NCBI GenBank assembly: GCA_964397435.1
Contig: CAYNHU010000001.1
Location: 209 to 64,208 of the forward strand
DNA from: an uncultured Candidatus Saccharibacteria bacterium
Lineage (GTDB): Bacteria; Patescibacteriota; Minisyncoccia; Phycocordibacterales; UBA9973
Direction of reading: 5' to 3'
Length of the DNA: 64,000 nt
Below, one piece after another: positions 29,956-40,578 of this stretch (within the stretch, counting starts at the first letter, position 1; every line of letters begins with the position of its first letter). Both the position numbers and the translations under genes were made by a program. The notes below the pieces were generated by a model that was given only the letters and a program-made list of their open reading frames with translations, ran no database searches and had not been told where the DNA came from.

Positions 29956-30225
29956 ATGGAAGCTTTACAACTTGCGCTCCGAGTAACCATTGACCGTGCA
30001 TTCCGAAACAATACTTCTCAAACCGAAGCAATTCTACACATCCTGAGAGAAGTGTTCGCAGGACTATGTACCATACTTTTTATGAAACATGGACTTGCCG
30101 GTATGTACGCACACCAATGGATACGGAGGATTTCTCAATTTCGTATGCATGTAAAATGTCTGGTGCGTCCTATGCGCTTTTTTAAAGAAGGCGGCCGGTT
30201 TTTATGGTTTAATCCCAAAAATTGA
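29956..30225 (+). CDS. Hypothetical protein (doubtful)
   Basis: 89-aa ORF, odd composition. Confidence 0.25.
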   Translation: MEALQLALRVTIDRAFRNNTSQTEAILHILREVFAGLCTILFMKHGLAGMYAHQWIRRISQFRMHVKCLVRPMRFFKEGGRFLWFNPKN

Positions 30226-30265
30226 TTGGTTTACTGATTTAGAAGAAGATTTACGAGCTAGTTTT

Positions 30266-30523
30266 GTGTATCTTTCAGAAAACGACCTCACGACAATAGG
30301 TATTCGTTTTGAAAAGATTCAAGATTATGCACAAACTGGCATTCTTAAACACCACATCACTTACAAACGGTGGCGCAAGAAACAAGCTCGTATACTTCTT
30401 GATGAGCTTCGGAAACTGAAAGAGAATTTGGGAACTAGCCCGTTTAACTCATGGGCTCTTGATACCATATTCCATAAACTCATGCTTCAAAACTGGGAAA
30501 ACAAATTGCTGCAATTAACATAA
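30266..30523 (+). CDS. Hypothetical small protein
   Basis: 85-aa ORF followed by a strong terminator. Confidence 0.4.
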   Translation: MYLSENDLTTIGIRFEKIQDYAQTGILKHHITYKRWRKKQARILLDELRKLKENLGTSPFNSWALDTIFHKLMLQNWENKLLQLT

Positions 30524-30545
30524 GCACGCAACAGAGAAACTACGG

Positions 30546-30580
30546 GTTCCGCATGGATGTGCGGAACTCTTTTATTTTTT
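30546..30580 (+). terminator. Rho-independent terminator (gttccgca-tggatg-tgcggaac + tcttttatttttt)
   Basis: Read directly. Confidence 0.65.
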
Positions 30581-31678
30581 ATTCGCGAGAAATGCTTCAA
30601 TAATTCTTCGAACTTCTTTTGCATTGTTCCCCTGTTCCATGATTTCTACACGCAATTCTTTGGCTCCAGGGAAACCATTGATGTACGCTTTAAAATGTTT
30701 TTTCATGATTGAGAAACTTTTGATATCACCAAGAAGCTGTTCATACAGCTCACAGTGTTTAATGAATACGTTGAGTTTTTCTTTGGTATCTACTTCTGAA
30801 ACAGTGTACCGAGCGTCTCCTCCGCGAAGTTTGCGCGCGATGAAACCTGGCAACACTTTTGCAATCCAGCTTGTCTTCCATGTTCCCTTTTGAAGAATGC
30901 GGCGTCTGCGATCAAACAACCATGGATTACCAAAAATCGCACGACCAATCATGATTCCATCACAACCAGTTTCTTTCGCTTTGTGCAATCCATCTTCGAT
31001 CGTCATCACATCACCGTTACCAATAATGAGCGTTGGAACGTTCATCTGATTTCTAATTTCAACAACACGTTTGATACGAGACCAATCAGCCGGAACAGCA
31101 GACAATTCTTTGCGGGTTCGAGCATGAATAGTGAGCGCTGCAATATTTTCAGCTAATAGTTTTGGAATCCATTCTTCAATTTCAACCTTACTGTAACCAA
31201 CACGAGTTTTGACTGACACAGGAATGTCACCTGCGCCTTCTTTGGCTGCACGAATCACTGCAACTGCAACATCAGGAGTTTTAATCATACACGCACCAGC
31301 ACCCTGTTTTTCAATCGTTCGGTCAGGGCATCCCATGTTGATATCGATACCATCAAAACCAAGCTCGTGGCACAGTTGCGCAGCTTTTCGCATAGTGTTT
31401 GGATCAGCAGTGAAAAGCTGCGCAACAATCGGCCGCTCTCCTTCTGTATATTCCAAATCGCGCATCAGCGCTGCTCGTCCAACTTCGTGAGACAATCCAT
31501 TGGCAGAAACGAATTCAGTCCAAAAAACATCTGGGCCACCTTCAGGTTGTCCATGTCGTGAATATTTTGCAACCAAACGTCGAAATGCCGGATCGGTTAC
31601 GTCCGCCATTGGCGCAAGTGCAAAAAACGGTCGCGGGAGTTTCTGCCAAAATCCCAAATTGTGTGGTGTGTGTGTCAT
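30572..31678 (-). CDS. dus: tRNA-dihydrouridine synthase
   Basis: Dus TIM-barrel with FMN-binding motif (LAPMADVTD) and catalytic Cys; C-terminal helical domain. Confidence 0.85.
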   Translation of the reverse strand: MTHTPHNLGFWQKLPRPFFALAPMADVTDPAFRRLVAKYSRHGQPEGGPDVFWTEFVSANGLSHEVGRAALMRDLEYTEGERPIVAQLFTADPNTMRKAAQLCHELGFDGIDINMGCPDRTIEKQGAGACMIKTPDVAVAVIRAAKEGAGDIPVSVKTRVGYSKVEIEEWIPKLLAENIAALTIHARTRKELSAVPADWSRIKRVVEIRNQMNVPTLIIGNGDVMTIEDGLHKAKETGCDGIMIGRAIFGNPWLFDRRRRILQKGTWKTSWIAKVLPGFIARKLRGGDARYTVSEVDTKEKLNVFIKHCELYEQLLGDIKSFSIMKKHFKAYINGFPGAKELRVEIMEQGNNAKEVRRIIEAFLANKK

Positions 31679-32604
31679 TGTGTTTGTTCTTCTACAACAG
31701 GAACTGTTTCCTGTGATGTCGCATCGGGAGAGTTTCCAAATTTGTAATACATTTTCTTGTCGTATCGCAAATCAAGATACTGCAATGATGCAAACGAGTC
31801 TGTGAGTTGTTTTTGTAAACTTGCTGAGGTTACTGCGACCGACAAATTATCAATCACCGTTACGAGATCCTGATCTGCGGTAAAAACAACTTTCTGCTTT
31901 GTATCATTAAATGACGGAGAAAGCAAAAATGCTGACACACCAGTCGGATAGGTAATGAAACCTGACGGTGGCAAATTGAGCTCAGTTAAGCGTTCTTTGA
32001 AACGTACGATGTTTTTGAAATAGTCATCACGTGCGAACAATGCTTTGCCTACAGGAGACTCAGTCGCGCCCCATGTGTACGCTCCATAAAAAACAAAGTA
32101 CACATTACCAGAAAATGTTGGTGACTTCGAGAAAATGTATCCATGATCATCAACGTAGTAGCACGTACGTGAACTATCATCTCGCTCACGAGGAAGTCCG
32201 TCGCACCACAAATACACATTTTTACGCTCAACAATATCGACAACCAATGTATTCCAATTTTCACGATGAATCTCGACAGTACTTGCACGCGGGAAACGTT
32301 CTTTGATGAGACGTTCGAGAAAACGTTCTGGATATACAAGCACCATGCTTTTCGGAATAACAAATCCATATTTTTCATGCAGCACATTTTGCACCAGCGT
32401 CGTAACTGATTCAGTCGTAATAATGTAATTCCCTCGCACAACAACTGATTGAATTTGAAGTTGTTTGATATACGTAACTCCGATAAGTCCCACAACAAGC
32501 ACAATGACCGCGATACACCCAAGCAAAAAGCGCACGCGTGCACGACGTCGACGCTTTTCTTTTAATTCACGTATTCGTTCTCCTCCGGCTCGTTCAACTG
32601 CCAT
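31675..32604 (-). CDS. FtsQ/DivIB-like cell division protein (TM + POTRA)
   Basis: Arg-rich N-terminus, one TM helix, POTRA-like segment (VRGNYIITTESV...). Confidence 0.5.
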   Translation of the reverse strand: MAVERAGGERIRELKEKRRRRARVRFLLGCIAVIVLVVGLIGVTYIKQLQIQSVVVRGNYIITTESVTTLVQNVLHEKYGFVIPKSMVLVYPERFLERLIKERFPRASTVEIHRENWNTLVVDIVERKNVYLWCDGLPRERDDSSRTCYYVDDHGYIFSKSPTFSGNVYFVFYGAYTWGATESPVGKALFARDDYFKNIVRFKERLTELNLPPSGFITYPTGVSAFLLSPSFNDTKQKVVFTADQDLVTVIDNLSVAVTSASLQKQLTDSFASLQYLDLRYDKKMYYKFGNSPDATSQETVPVVEEQTQ

Positions 32605-32613
32605 AGAAAAAGA

Positions 32614-33933
32614 CTATACTTTTTTGGTAATAACTGTCTTACCTCCCATGTATTTCTGAAGTACGTCTGGAATGCGGATTGATCCGTCGGCGTTTTGATA
32701 ATTTTCGATGATTGCGATAAGTGCACGACCAATAGCAACAACAGTTGCGTCATTCATGTGAACTGGTTCAATTTTACCATCAGCGCGCTTCACACGAGTA
32801 TTCAAACGTCGAGCTTGAAAACCTGTAGTGAGGTCGGCACTGTGTGTCTCACGGTATGTGTCCTGTCCTGGCATCCATGTTTCAATATCAATCTGTCGAT
32901 AATCTGGGAAACCCATATCACCAGTACAGACAGAGATCACTTGGTATGGCAATTTAAGAAGCTGCAAAAAGTGTTCCTGAATTGCAACGAGAAAATCTTG
33001 TTCTGCAGCTGATGTTTCTGGTAACGAAAAAACCTCCATTTCCAATTTATCAAACTGGTGCTGTCGCAAAATACCGTTTGTGTCTTTACCGTAAGTACCC
33101 GCTTCACGTCGAAACGCAGTCGAGTATCCAGCGTAGCGAATTGGCAAATCTTGTTCACTAAAAATGTGATTGATGTGCTGTGATCCAAGTGTGTGTTCTG
33201 CACTACCAACAAGCATCAAATCATCGTTCGGAAACATGTAGTGATTTTCCGCACCCATGTAACGTGCCATTTTCACTTGCACAACTGGACGCACAAACAC
33301 TGGGGGAATAACTGGGATAAATGATTCTACTTTAATTGGACTGTTAATCTTTTGTGCAATTGCAGTCAATGTGTCCTTGTTAGTAAGAATTTCAAAACCG
33401 AGTTGAATAAGCGCAAACTGCATCAACACCAAATCGCCTTTCAAATACGCGAAACGAGACGACGCAACTTCTGCTGCAGTTTTGGTATCAATCAAATCAA
33501 GTGGTTCTGCGATTTCGTAGTGTTCTTTTGGTTTGAAATCAAACTGTGGCTTTTCACCCCATGAGCGAATGACTTTGTTGCCTGATTCATCTGGACCTTC
33601 TGGTGTATCAAGTGATGGAAGGTTTGGAACCTTGAGCATGAGCGCCTGCCATGCTTCCATAACAATTTTAAGATTTTCTTCTTTTTTCTTTACTTCTTCT
33701 TTGAGACCCTGCATTTCAGTGATCATCTGCGCGCGCTTGTTGCTGTCTTTTTCGTACGCAATCAAGTTAGACATCTGATTTTGTTCTGCACGCAATGTTT
33801 CAAACGCCGCAAGAGCCGCGATGCGTTTATCATCTGCTTCAATAATTTCGTCAACGGTCACAGAGGCCTTTTTCTTTGCGATAGCGGCTGCAACAATGGT
33901 CTTATTCTCTCTGATGAATTTGATATCAAGCAT
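32614..33933 (-). CDS. serS: Serine--tRNA ligase
   Basis: N-terminal coiled coil plus class II motifs (…FRRE.. GL.R.HQF.K.E). Confidence 0.9.
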   Translation of the reverse strand: MLDIKFIRENKTIVAAAIAKKKASVTVDEIIEADDKRIAALAAFETLRAEQNQMSNLIAYEKDSNKRAQMITEMQGLKEEVKKKEENLKIVMEAWQALMLKVPNLPSLDTPEGPDESGNKVIRSWGEKPQFDFKPKEHYEIAEPLDLIDTKTAAEVASSRFAYLKGDLVLMQFALIQLGFEILTNKDTLTAIAQKINSPIKVESFIPVIPPVFVRPVVQVKMARYMGAENHYMFPNDDLMLVGSAEHTLGSQHINHIFSEQDLPIRYAGYSTAFRREAGTYGKDTNGILRQHQFDKLEMEVFSLPETSAAEQDFLVAIQEHFLQLLKLPYQVISVCTGDMGFPDYRQIDIETWMPGQDTYRETHSADLTTGFQARRLNTRVKRADGKIEPVHMNDATVVAIGRALIAIIENYQNADGSIRIPDVLQKYMGGKTVITKKV

Positions 33934-34025
33934 TTGATTAACAATTTAAGAAAAGTTCATCCCAAACGCGTATAGTTTGCGTGGGTGTAGTAATAACACT
34001 TGTATAGTAGCAATAAACGACCAAA

Positions 34026-34886
34026 TTGAAAAGTATGCGAATTCTTACTGGTAACGACATACCGCTTCGTCTTCGGGAAATCCCCCAACCACCAAAACGG
34101 CTGTATATTGAGGGTAACCTGCCTGACGCATCGTACATATATATGACAGTTGTAGGATCTCGCAACCACACAACATACGGCAAGGACGTATGCGTACGAT
34201 TGATAGAGGCACTCGCTCCCTATCCGGTAGTGATTGTTTCGGGGCTTGCAGCAGGTATTGATAGTATCGCTCACGAAACAGCACTTCGTGTTGGCTTGCC
34301 GACGATTGCATTTCCAGGTTCAGGCTTAGCACCGGAAGCAATCTATCCGAGAAGCAATATCGACCTTGCAGAGCGCATTGTTGCGCATGGAGGTTGCTTG
34401 TTGTCCGAGTTTGAAAAAACTGAGTACGGCAAACACTGGATGTTTCCACGCAGAAACCGATTGATGGCGGGAATCGCTCAAGCGACGCTGATGATCGAAG
34501 CAGCCGAGCAGTCAGGAACACTCATCACCGCTCGACTTACCGGTGAATACAACAGAGATTTATTGGTAGTGCCCGGACCAATCACGTCACCACTTTCGTA
34601 TGGACCAAACTTTTTCCTGAAACTTGGAGCAACACCAATCACGTCACCAACTGATTTGATTGAGGCTCTTGGGTTTGAAGTTCCAAAACAAACAAGCAAC
34701 CAAACCAATCACACACCGTGCACTCCCGAGGAGCAGCGCATTTTAGATGTACTCATCGAACCACTGACACGAGATGAATTAGCGTACAAACTTTCGCAAT
34801 CAATCATAACACTCAACACACAATTAACACTCATGGAACTCAAAGGGTTACTCAAGGAAGCGTATGGCAAACTGAGACGCGCATAA
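34026..34886 (+). CDS. dprA: DNA processing protein DprA/Smf
   Basis: Rossmann-like DprA domain (VVGSRN.T.YG...SGLA.GID..AH); upstream of topA, as is typical. Confidence 0.85.
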   Translation: MKSMRILTGNDIPLRLREIPQPPKRLYIEGNLPDASYIYMTVVGSRNHTTYGKDVCVRLIEALAPYPVVIVSGLAAGIDSIAHETALRVGLPTIAFPGSGLAPEAIYPRSNIDLAERIVAHGGCLLSEFEKTEYGKHWMFPRRNRLMAGIAQATLMIEAAEQSGTLITARLTGEYNRDLLVVPGPITSPLSYGPNFFLKLGATPITSPTDLIEALGFEVPKQTSNQTNHTPCTPEEQRILDVLIEPLTRDELAYKLSQSIITLNTQLTLMELKGLLKEAYGKLRRA

Positions 34887-34947
34887 TTATATTTTTTATT
34901 TCAAAAGTTGCCACAAAAAATTTTCCGTGCTACTAATTAGGACACAT

Positions 34948-37188
34948 ATGAAATTATTGATTGTTGAATCACCTTCAAAAGCAAAGACTATCGAGAAATA
35001 TCTCGGTGGCGCTTTTACCGTGCGTGCTTCGGTTGGTCACATTCGTGATTTACCAAAATCAAACAAGAAAGCAATCGATATTCCAGCTGGCTTTGTTCCT
35101 CACTATGAAATTTCAAAAGGCAAGGAAAAAGTCGTAAGCGAACTTGGTACACTCGCAAAAAAAGCGAGTGAAATTATTCTCGCAACCGACCCAGACCGCG
35201 AGGGTGAAGCAATCTCATGGCACATTACCGAGGCACTCAAACTCAAAGATTCAAAAACTCGTCCCGTTCGACGAGCCGTTTTTCATGAAATTACCAAAGA
35301 AGCAGTCGAGGAAGCACTTCAACACCCACGCGATATTGATGAGCAACTTGTAAAAGCACAGGAAGCGCGTCGCGTGCTTGATCGTTTGTTCGGATATGAT
35401 TTGTCAGGACTCATTTGGAAAAAGGTTCGTTATGGTCTCTCTGCTGGACGAGTTCAGTCTCCTGCGCTTCGCATCATCATGGAACGTGAGCGTGAGATTC
35501 GATCATTTATTCCAGAAACCTACTGGGTTCTCTCTGGTCTTTTTGAAACTCCCAAAAAATTCAAACTCGAACTTACCTGCGTCGAAGAACCTCGCGACAA
35601 AAAAATAGTTGATGCAATTCTCAAAACTGGAAACAACGGCTCATGGATTGTCACTGATGTTAAAACAAGTGAACAGAAACGTTCACCAAAAGCACCATTT
35701 ACTACGAGTACATTGCAACAAGCGGCAAGTTCACGCCTCGGCTATTCACCTTCACGCACTATGCAGATTGCTCAGAAACTATACGAGTCTGGCTTCATTA
35801 CGTACATGCGTACCGACTCAACAACATTGAGTAAACAAGCGCAGGCAGAAATCGCAAGTATTGTTGAGAAAAAATACGGTGCTAACTATGTTGAGGTTCG
35901 TAACTTCAAGACAAAATCAAAAAACGCACAAGAAGCACACGAAGCGATTCGTCCAACACACGCATCAACACTTCGCGCTGGCCACACTGACGAACAAGAA
36001 CGTTTGTACCGTCTCATCTGGGAACGTGCTATATCATCACAAATGGCTGATGCAAAATTGATGAAAACAAAAGTTACTGCCGTTGTGTCTGGAGAAAAAG
36101 ATTTCCCAGAATTCACTGCCAACGGATCACGAGTGCTCTTCCCTGGATGGCTTGCGGTTGATGTTGAAGCTCGAGGTGAAGACGTTGAACTACCAGAAAT
36201 TACTGTTGGTGAAAAACTGACACTCCTCGAATTACACTCAAACGAAAAACAAACACAGCCACCAAGTCGCTATACTGAAGCCGGCCTCATCAAAGAACTT
36301 GAATCTCGTGGTATCGGTCGGCCTTCAACCTACGCGTCAATCATGCGCACCATCGAAGAACGTGGCTACGTAACCAAAGAAGGCAAGACACTCTTCCCGA
36401 CTGATACAGGCGATGTGGTTTCAACATTTATTGAAAACAACTTTGCAGAATATATCAGTGACTCATTTACCGCCGAGATGGAAGATGAGCTTGATGAAAT
36501 CGCAGTTGGTAAACGTGATTATGTAAAAACACTCAAAGAATTTTACGATCCATTTTTGAAAGATGTAAAAGAAAAAGACAAGACTGCAAAGATCACAACG
36601 CTTGGAGATGCACCTGCTGAATTTGCTTGTCCAACATGTGGAGCAGCGATGGTTATCAAACTGGGTAGAAGTGGCAAGTTTTTGTCATGTTCTCGCTATC
36701 CTGATTGTGCTGGCGCACGAACAATTGAAGGCAAAATCATGGAAGGACCAAAAGAAACTGGTGAACCATGTCCGGTGTGTGGTCTCGACAAAGACGGCAA
36801 ACCAAAAGAACCTTCAAAAACTGGTGGCGGACGTCTTGTTGTTCGAGAAGGACGATATGGTTCATTCATCTCATGTTCTCGCTATCCAAAATGTAAATAC
36901 ATCAAAGAAGATCCAGCTGAAGTTGCACGTAAAATGATTGATGTAACGTGCCCTACCTGTAACAAAGGTAAAATGATGGAACGTCGTGGACGCTTTGGTA
37001 TTTTCTACTCATGTTCAAACTATCCTGATTGTAAAAATGCGATCAAAGCAAAACCGACCGGCAATCTCTGCAAACTCTGCGGATCGCTCATGATGGAAGG
37101 CACAAAAACAATCCCAGAACGCTGTTCAAACAAACTCTGTGCAATGCACAATCCACACAAGTTGGAGAAAGGTGGTAAGAAAAAATAA
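34948..37188 (+). CDS. topA: DNA topoisomerase I with C-terminal Zn-ribbon repeats
   Basis: TOPRIM (MKLLIVESPSKAKTI), catalytic Tyr region (GFITYMRTDS), four C4 zinc ribbons. Confidence 0.92.
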   Translation: MKLLIVESPSKAKTIEKYLGGAFTVRASVGHIRDLPKSNKKAIDIPAGFVPHYEISKGKEKVVSELGTLAKKASEIILATDPDREGEAISWHITEALKLKDSKTRPVRRAVFHEITKEAVEEALQHPRDIDEQLVKAQEARRVLDRLFGYDLSGLIWKKVRYGLSAGRVQSPALRIIMEREREIRSFIPETYWVLSGLFETPKKFKLELTCVEEPRDKKIVDAILKTGNNGSWIVTDVKTSEQKRSPKAPFTTSTLQQAASSRLGYSPSRTMQIAQKLYESGFITYMRTDSTTLSKQAQAEIASIVEKKYGANYVEVRNFKTKSKNAQEAHEAIRPTHASTLRAGHTDEQERLYRLIWERAISSQMADAKLMKTKVTAVVSGEKDFPEFTANGSRVLFPGWLAVDVEARGEDVELPEITVGEKLTLLELHSNEKQTQPPSRYTEAGLIKELESRGIGRPSTYASIMRTIEERGYVTKEGKTLFPTDTGDVVSTFIENNFAEYISDSFTAEMEDELDEIAVGKRDYVKTLKEFYDPFLKDVKEKDKTAKITTLGDAPAEFACPTCGAAMVIKLGRSGKFLSCSRYPDCAGARTIEGKIMEGPKETGEPCPVCGLDKDGKPKEPSKTGGGRLVVREGRYGSFISCSRYPKCKYIKEDPAEVARKMIDVTCPTCNKGKMMERRGRFGIFYSCSNYPDCKNAIKAKPTGNLCKLCGSLMMEGTKTIPERCSNKLCAMHNPHKLEKGGKKK

Positions 37189-37192
37189 AAAC

Positions 37193-37230
37193 AAAAGCAG
37201 CGCCATATATGGCGCTGCTTTTGTTTTTTT
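37193..37230. terminator. Bidirectional terminator (aaaagcagcgcc-atatat-ggcgctgctttt + T-run)
   Basis: Read directly between convergent topA and psd. Confidence 0.65.
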
Positions 37231-37232
37231 CC

Positions 37233-37856
37233 TTATCGTGCAATCACTGTTTCTCCATCAACCACGCGGTCACCAACATGTACAGAAAGTGAGCGAGTTT
37301 TTGGAATAACGAGTACGACTTGTGAACCGAGTGCAATGAATCCGATTTTATCACCTTGCTCAAGTTCGTCACCAACATCGACATAACTTTTGATACGACG
37401 TGCGAGAATGCCGGCAACCTGAATGACAGCAACTGATTCTTGTCCATTAGAAATTACTGTGAGATTTTTTTCGTTTGCGTTTACAAGCTGAGCACGGTTT
37501 TTACCGTAGAGTGCGTTTTTAAACTTTCCATCAAAGTGCTCAACATAGGTTACCTCACCATCAATTGGTGCACGCTGCACGTGGACATTTTTGAGGTTCA
37601 TCTGAATAACAATCACGTGCGCAGGCAATGTAACACCACGCGCTTCGAGCTCGTTCTGAATACCTTCTTTGAAAAATGTAACGTGCTCAGTATCTACTGA
37701 ATCAATAGCAATAATCTTTCCATCTGCCGGCGAAACGACATGAACGTTCGTTGGAACAAGACGTGCTGGAGTGCGACCGAAGTAGAGCACAAACGCGACG
37801 AGCGCGAGAATGATGATGCATGCAATAATCATAATAGTTGGAAGATGTTTCTTCAC
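37233..37856 (-). CDS. psd: Phosphatidylserine decarboxylase proenzyme (short type)
   Basis: 207 aa; N-terminal TM, Psd fold with self-cleavage region (…IALGSQ…). Confidence 0.7.
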   Translation of the reverse strand: MKKHLPTIMIIACIIILALVAFVLYFGRTPARLVPTNVHVVSPADGKIIAIDSVDTEHVTFFKEGIQNELEARGVTLPAHVIVIQMNLKNVHVQRAPIDGEVTYVEHFDGKFKNALYGKNRAQLVNANEKNLTVISNGQESVAVIQVAGILARRIKSYVDVGDELEQGDKIGFIALGSQVVLVIPKTRSLSVHVGDRVVDGETVIAR

Positions 37857-37915
37857 AAAGACTAGTGTACCATAAAAAGTTGCTTTTTTTCATATTCTCA
37901 CTAAACTAGACATAT

Positions 37916-39379
37916 ATGCCAGACGTGCGTGAAATTATTGATCGTCTCCCTTCTCCTCCTAAAGAGGATGTCGACCTTATTGTTAAGGCGTACCATTTTG
38001 CGCAAAAAGCACACGAAGGCCAGCAACGCAAAAGTGGCGAGCCGTATTTCATTCACGTTTTTGCAACAGCACGAAATCTTGCCGATCTTGAAATGAGTCC
38101 AATAGTCATTGCGGCTGGTTTTTTACATGACACTATCGAAGACACTGATGTCACTGCAAAAGACATTGAACGCGAATTCGGCAAAGAAATTCTTGATCTC
38201 GTAAAAGGCGTTACCAAGCTCGGTACCTTGAAATACAAGGGTGTTGAACGTAATGTTGAGAATCTCCGAAAATTCTTTGTCTCAATGGCAGCAGACTTTC
38301 GTGTGATCATCATTAAACTCTGTGATCGACTTCACAACGTGCAAACACTCGAACACATCAATCCTGACAAGCAGCGCCGTATTGCCCTTGAAACACTCGA
38401 AATTTACGCTCCGCTTGCGAACCGTTTGTCTATGGGTAAACTTCGCGGCAAATTAGAAGATGCTGCGTTCCCATTTGCATTTCCAAAAGAATACGAGCAT
38501 GTTAAACAACTCCTCGCGGAACGCAAAGATGCTGATGAACAGTATTTGAGTGAGTTTGAAACTGTACTCAAAGGCAAACTCAAAGAGGCTCGCCTCTCAG
38601 TTGTTCGCATGGATCATCGAGTTAAACATTTGTATTCTCTCTGGAAAAAACTCGAGAAGTACAACGGCGACATCAACAAAGTATACGATATCATGGCGCT
38701 TCGCATCATTGTTAAATCAGTTGAAGACTGTTATCAGATTCTCGGTATCATTCACGGCTCATGGCATCCACTTCCAGGAAAAATCAAAGATTACATCGCC
38801 CTTCCAAAACCAAACGGCTACCGCAGTCTTCATACAACTGTGTTGACTGGTACTGGAGGTATCGTTGAAGTGCAAATTCGTACAGAAGAAATGCATATTG
38901 AAGCAGAATACGGTATTGCGGCGTACTATGCGTACAAGGAACATATCAAACTCGATCGTAAAGATGTGCGCAAACAATATGAATGGATTGAGCATTTGAA
39001 AGATGCTCAGAAAAACATCACTGACACTGAACAATTTTTTGATTCCCTTAAAATGGATTTCTTTAAAAATCGAGTGTTTGCCTTTACTCCCAAGGGAGAC
39101 GTTATTGATTTACCAGAAGGCGCATCTATCGTTGATTTTGCTTACAACGTACACTCTGATATTGGAAACCACGCAACTGGTGCAAAAATCAATGGAAAAT
39201 ACGTTGCACTCGACACTAAATTACAAAACGGTGACATTTGTGAAATCGTTGTTCAGAAATCAGCAAAACCAAACTCAAAGTGGCTTGAATTTTCAAAAAC
39301 ATCTATTGCTCGAAACCGTATCAACAAACACCTAAAAACAAACTCGCTTGCTGCAAAATTCAAAGAGTTTTTAAAATAA
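37916..39379 (+). CDS. rel: RelA/SpoT-family (p)ppGpp synthetase/hydrolase, short form (HD + synthetase + TGS, no ACT)
   Basis: HD motif (FLHDTIEDT), RelA/SpoT synthetase domain, TGS domain at C-terminus; 487 aa. Confidence 0.85.
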   Translation: MPDVREIIDRLPSPPKEDVDLIVKAYHFAQKAHEGQQRKSGEPYFIHVFATARNLADLEMSPIVIAAGFLHDTIEDTDVTAKDIEREFGKEILDLVKGVTKLGTLKYKGVERNVENLRKFFVSMAADFRVIIIKLCDRLHNVQTLEHINPDKQRRIALETLEIYAPLANRLSMGKLRGKLEDAAFPFAFPKEYEHVKQLLAERKDADEQYLSEFETVLKGKLKEARLSVVRMDHRVKHLYSLWKKLEKYNGDINKVYDIMALRIIVKSVEDCYQILGIIHGSWHPLPGKIKDYIALPKPNGYRSLHTTVLTGTGGIVEVQIRTEEMHIEAEYGIAAYYAYKEHIKLDRKDVRKQYEWIEHLKDAQKNITDTEQFFDSLKMDFFKNRVFAFTPKGDVIDLPEGASIVDFAYNVHSDIGNHATGAKINGKYVALDTKLQNGDICEIVVQKSAKPNSKWLEFSKTSIARNRINKHLKTNSLAAKFKEFLK

Positions 39380-39381
39380 GA

Positions 39382-40437
39382 CTAGAGACTAAAGCTCTTG
39401 ATATTGTAGAGATCTGAATCTTCTTCAGCTTGCTTAATCTCTTCTTTTGAGCGATCGTCGGTTGTGTTGATGCCTTCTGCTTTTGGTTCAACAGGAGTGT
39501 TTTCTGCTGCCATTGTTTGAATAGTCTGTACCGGAGTAATTCCCTGACTCTGCTCAAAACGTTCGAGCATGTTGATTTTCTGGGCACTTTCAAGACGGTT
39601 TGCTTCAACGAGTGAAACAATCGTACGGAGGTCGTCGTTTGAGAAGAAATCAATCGTAACTGAGCCGCCAATGTTACGTTTTTCAACGTGCACACGAGTG
39701 CCGAGTGTTTCTTGGAGTTTGTGTTCGATTTCAAGAATTTCTGGATCAACCAAATATTCCTTTTTGCGAACCTTGTCAGTTGCAATACGGCGTGCAATAC
39801 GTTCTGCTTCACGAACACTGATTTTTTTGTAGACGATTTCTTTGAACAATACGAGCTGCTCTTCTGGTCGATCATTCAACATCATGAGCGGACGTGTGTG
39901 ACCTTCACTGATTTTGCCTTCTGAAAGTGCATTAAGCATTTCTTCTGGGAGTTGCAACAAACGAAGTGTGTTAGCAACATACTCACGACTCTTACCTACC
40001 TTTTTACCGATGTCAGCATGTGAGAATTTGAATTCATCAACAAAGCGAAGGAACGCTCGTGCGCGTTCAACTGCATTGAGATCTTCACGTTGCAAGTTTT
40101 CAATGATAGCAAGTTCAAGTTTAGCCATTGCATCATCACCTGTACGAATGATTACAGGAACTTGTGGGATGCCAGCGAACTTTGATGCACGCAAACGACG
40201 TTCACCTGCGATCAATTCATATTCAACAACAAGGCCGCCATCTTCTTTGATGCGTTCTACGCGAGAAACAGTGAGTGGTTGCAAAACACCGTACTGACGA
40301 ATTGATTCTGCGAGGTCACGGAGTGGTCCTTCTTCGAATTCACGACGAGGTTGGTATGGGTTTGGGACAATTTTGTCGGTTTCGACAAAGAAAATTGAGT
40401 TTGAGTATAGTTCAGACATGGGGCAATTGTAGCACAC
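39382..40437 (-). CDS. parB: ParB/Spo0J-like partition protein with acidic C-terminal extension
   Basis: ParB N-domain (IVPNPYQPRREF...GERRLRA) plus HTH. Confidence 0.8.
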   Translation of the reverse strand: MCYNCPMSELYSNSIFFVETDKIVPNPYQPRREFEEGPLRDLAESIRQYGVLQPLTVSRVERIKEDGGLVVEYELIAGERRLRASKFAGIPQVPVIIRTGDDAMAKLELAIIENLQREDLNAVERARAFLRFVDEFKFSHADIGKKVGKSREYVANTLRLLQLPEEMLNALSEGKISEGHTRPLMMLNDRPEEQLVLFKEIVYKKISVREAERIARRIATDKVRKKEYLVDPEILEIEHKLQETLGTRVHVEKRNIGGSVTIDFFSNDDLRTIVSLVEANRLESAQKINMLERFEQSQGITPVQTIQTMAAENTPVEPKAEGINTTDDRSKEEIKQAEEDSDLYNIKSFSL

Positions 40438-40494
40438 CTTTTCCGGACTGGAAATTGAAATTTTTGTGAATATTATGTAGAATACGTGGTACTT

Positions 40495-40576
40495 GCCCTG
40501 GTGGCGGAATTGGTAGACGCGCTCGACTCAAAATCGAGTATCGTAAGATGTGGGAGTTCGACTCTCCCCCGGGGCA
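40495..40576 (+). tRNA. tRNA-Leu (anticodon CAA)
   Basis: Cloverleaf by eye: anticodon loop CTCAAAA, long variable arm, T-arm GGGAG-TTCGACT-CTCCC; 82 nt. Confidence 0.85.
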
Positions 40577-40578
40577 CA

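Noticed and set aside
40486-40578. N-terminal 31 codons of the miaA ORF in the six-frame track
   Set aside because: They translate the tRNA-Leu(CAA) gene; the true start is MEKQAI at 40579.
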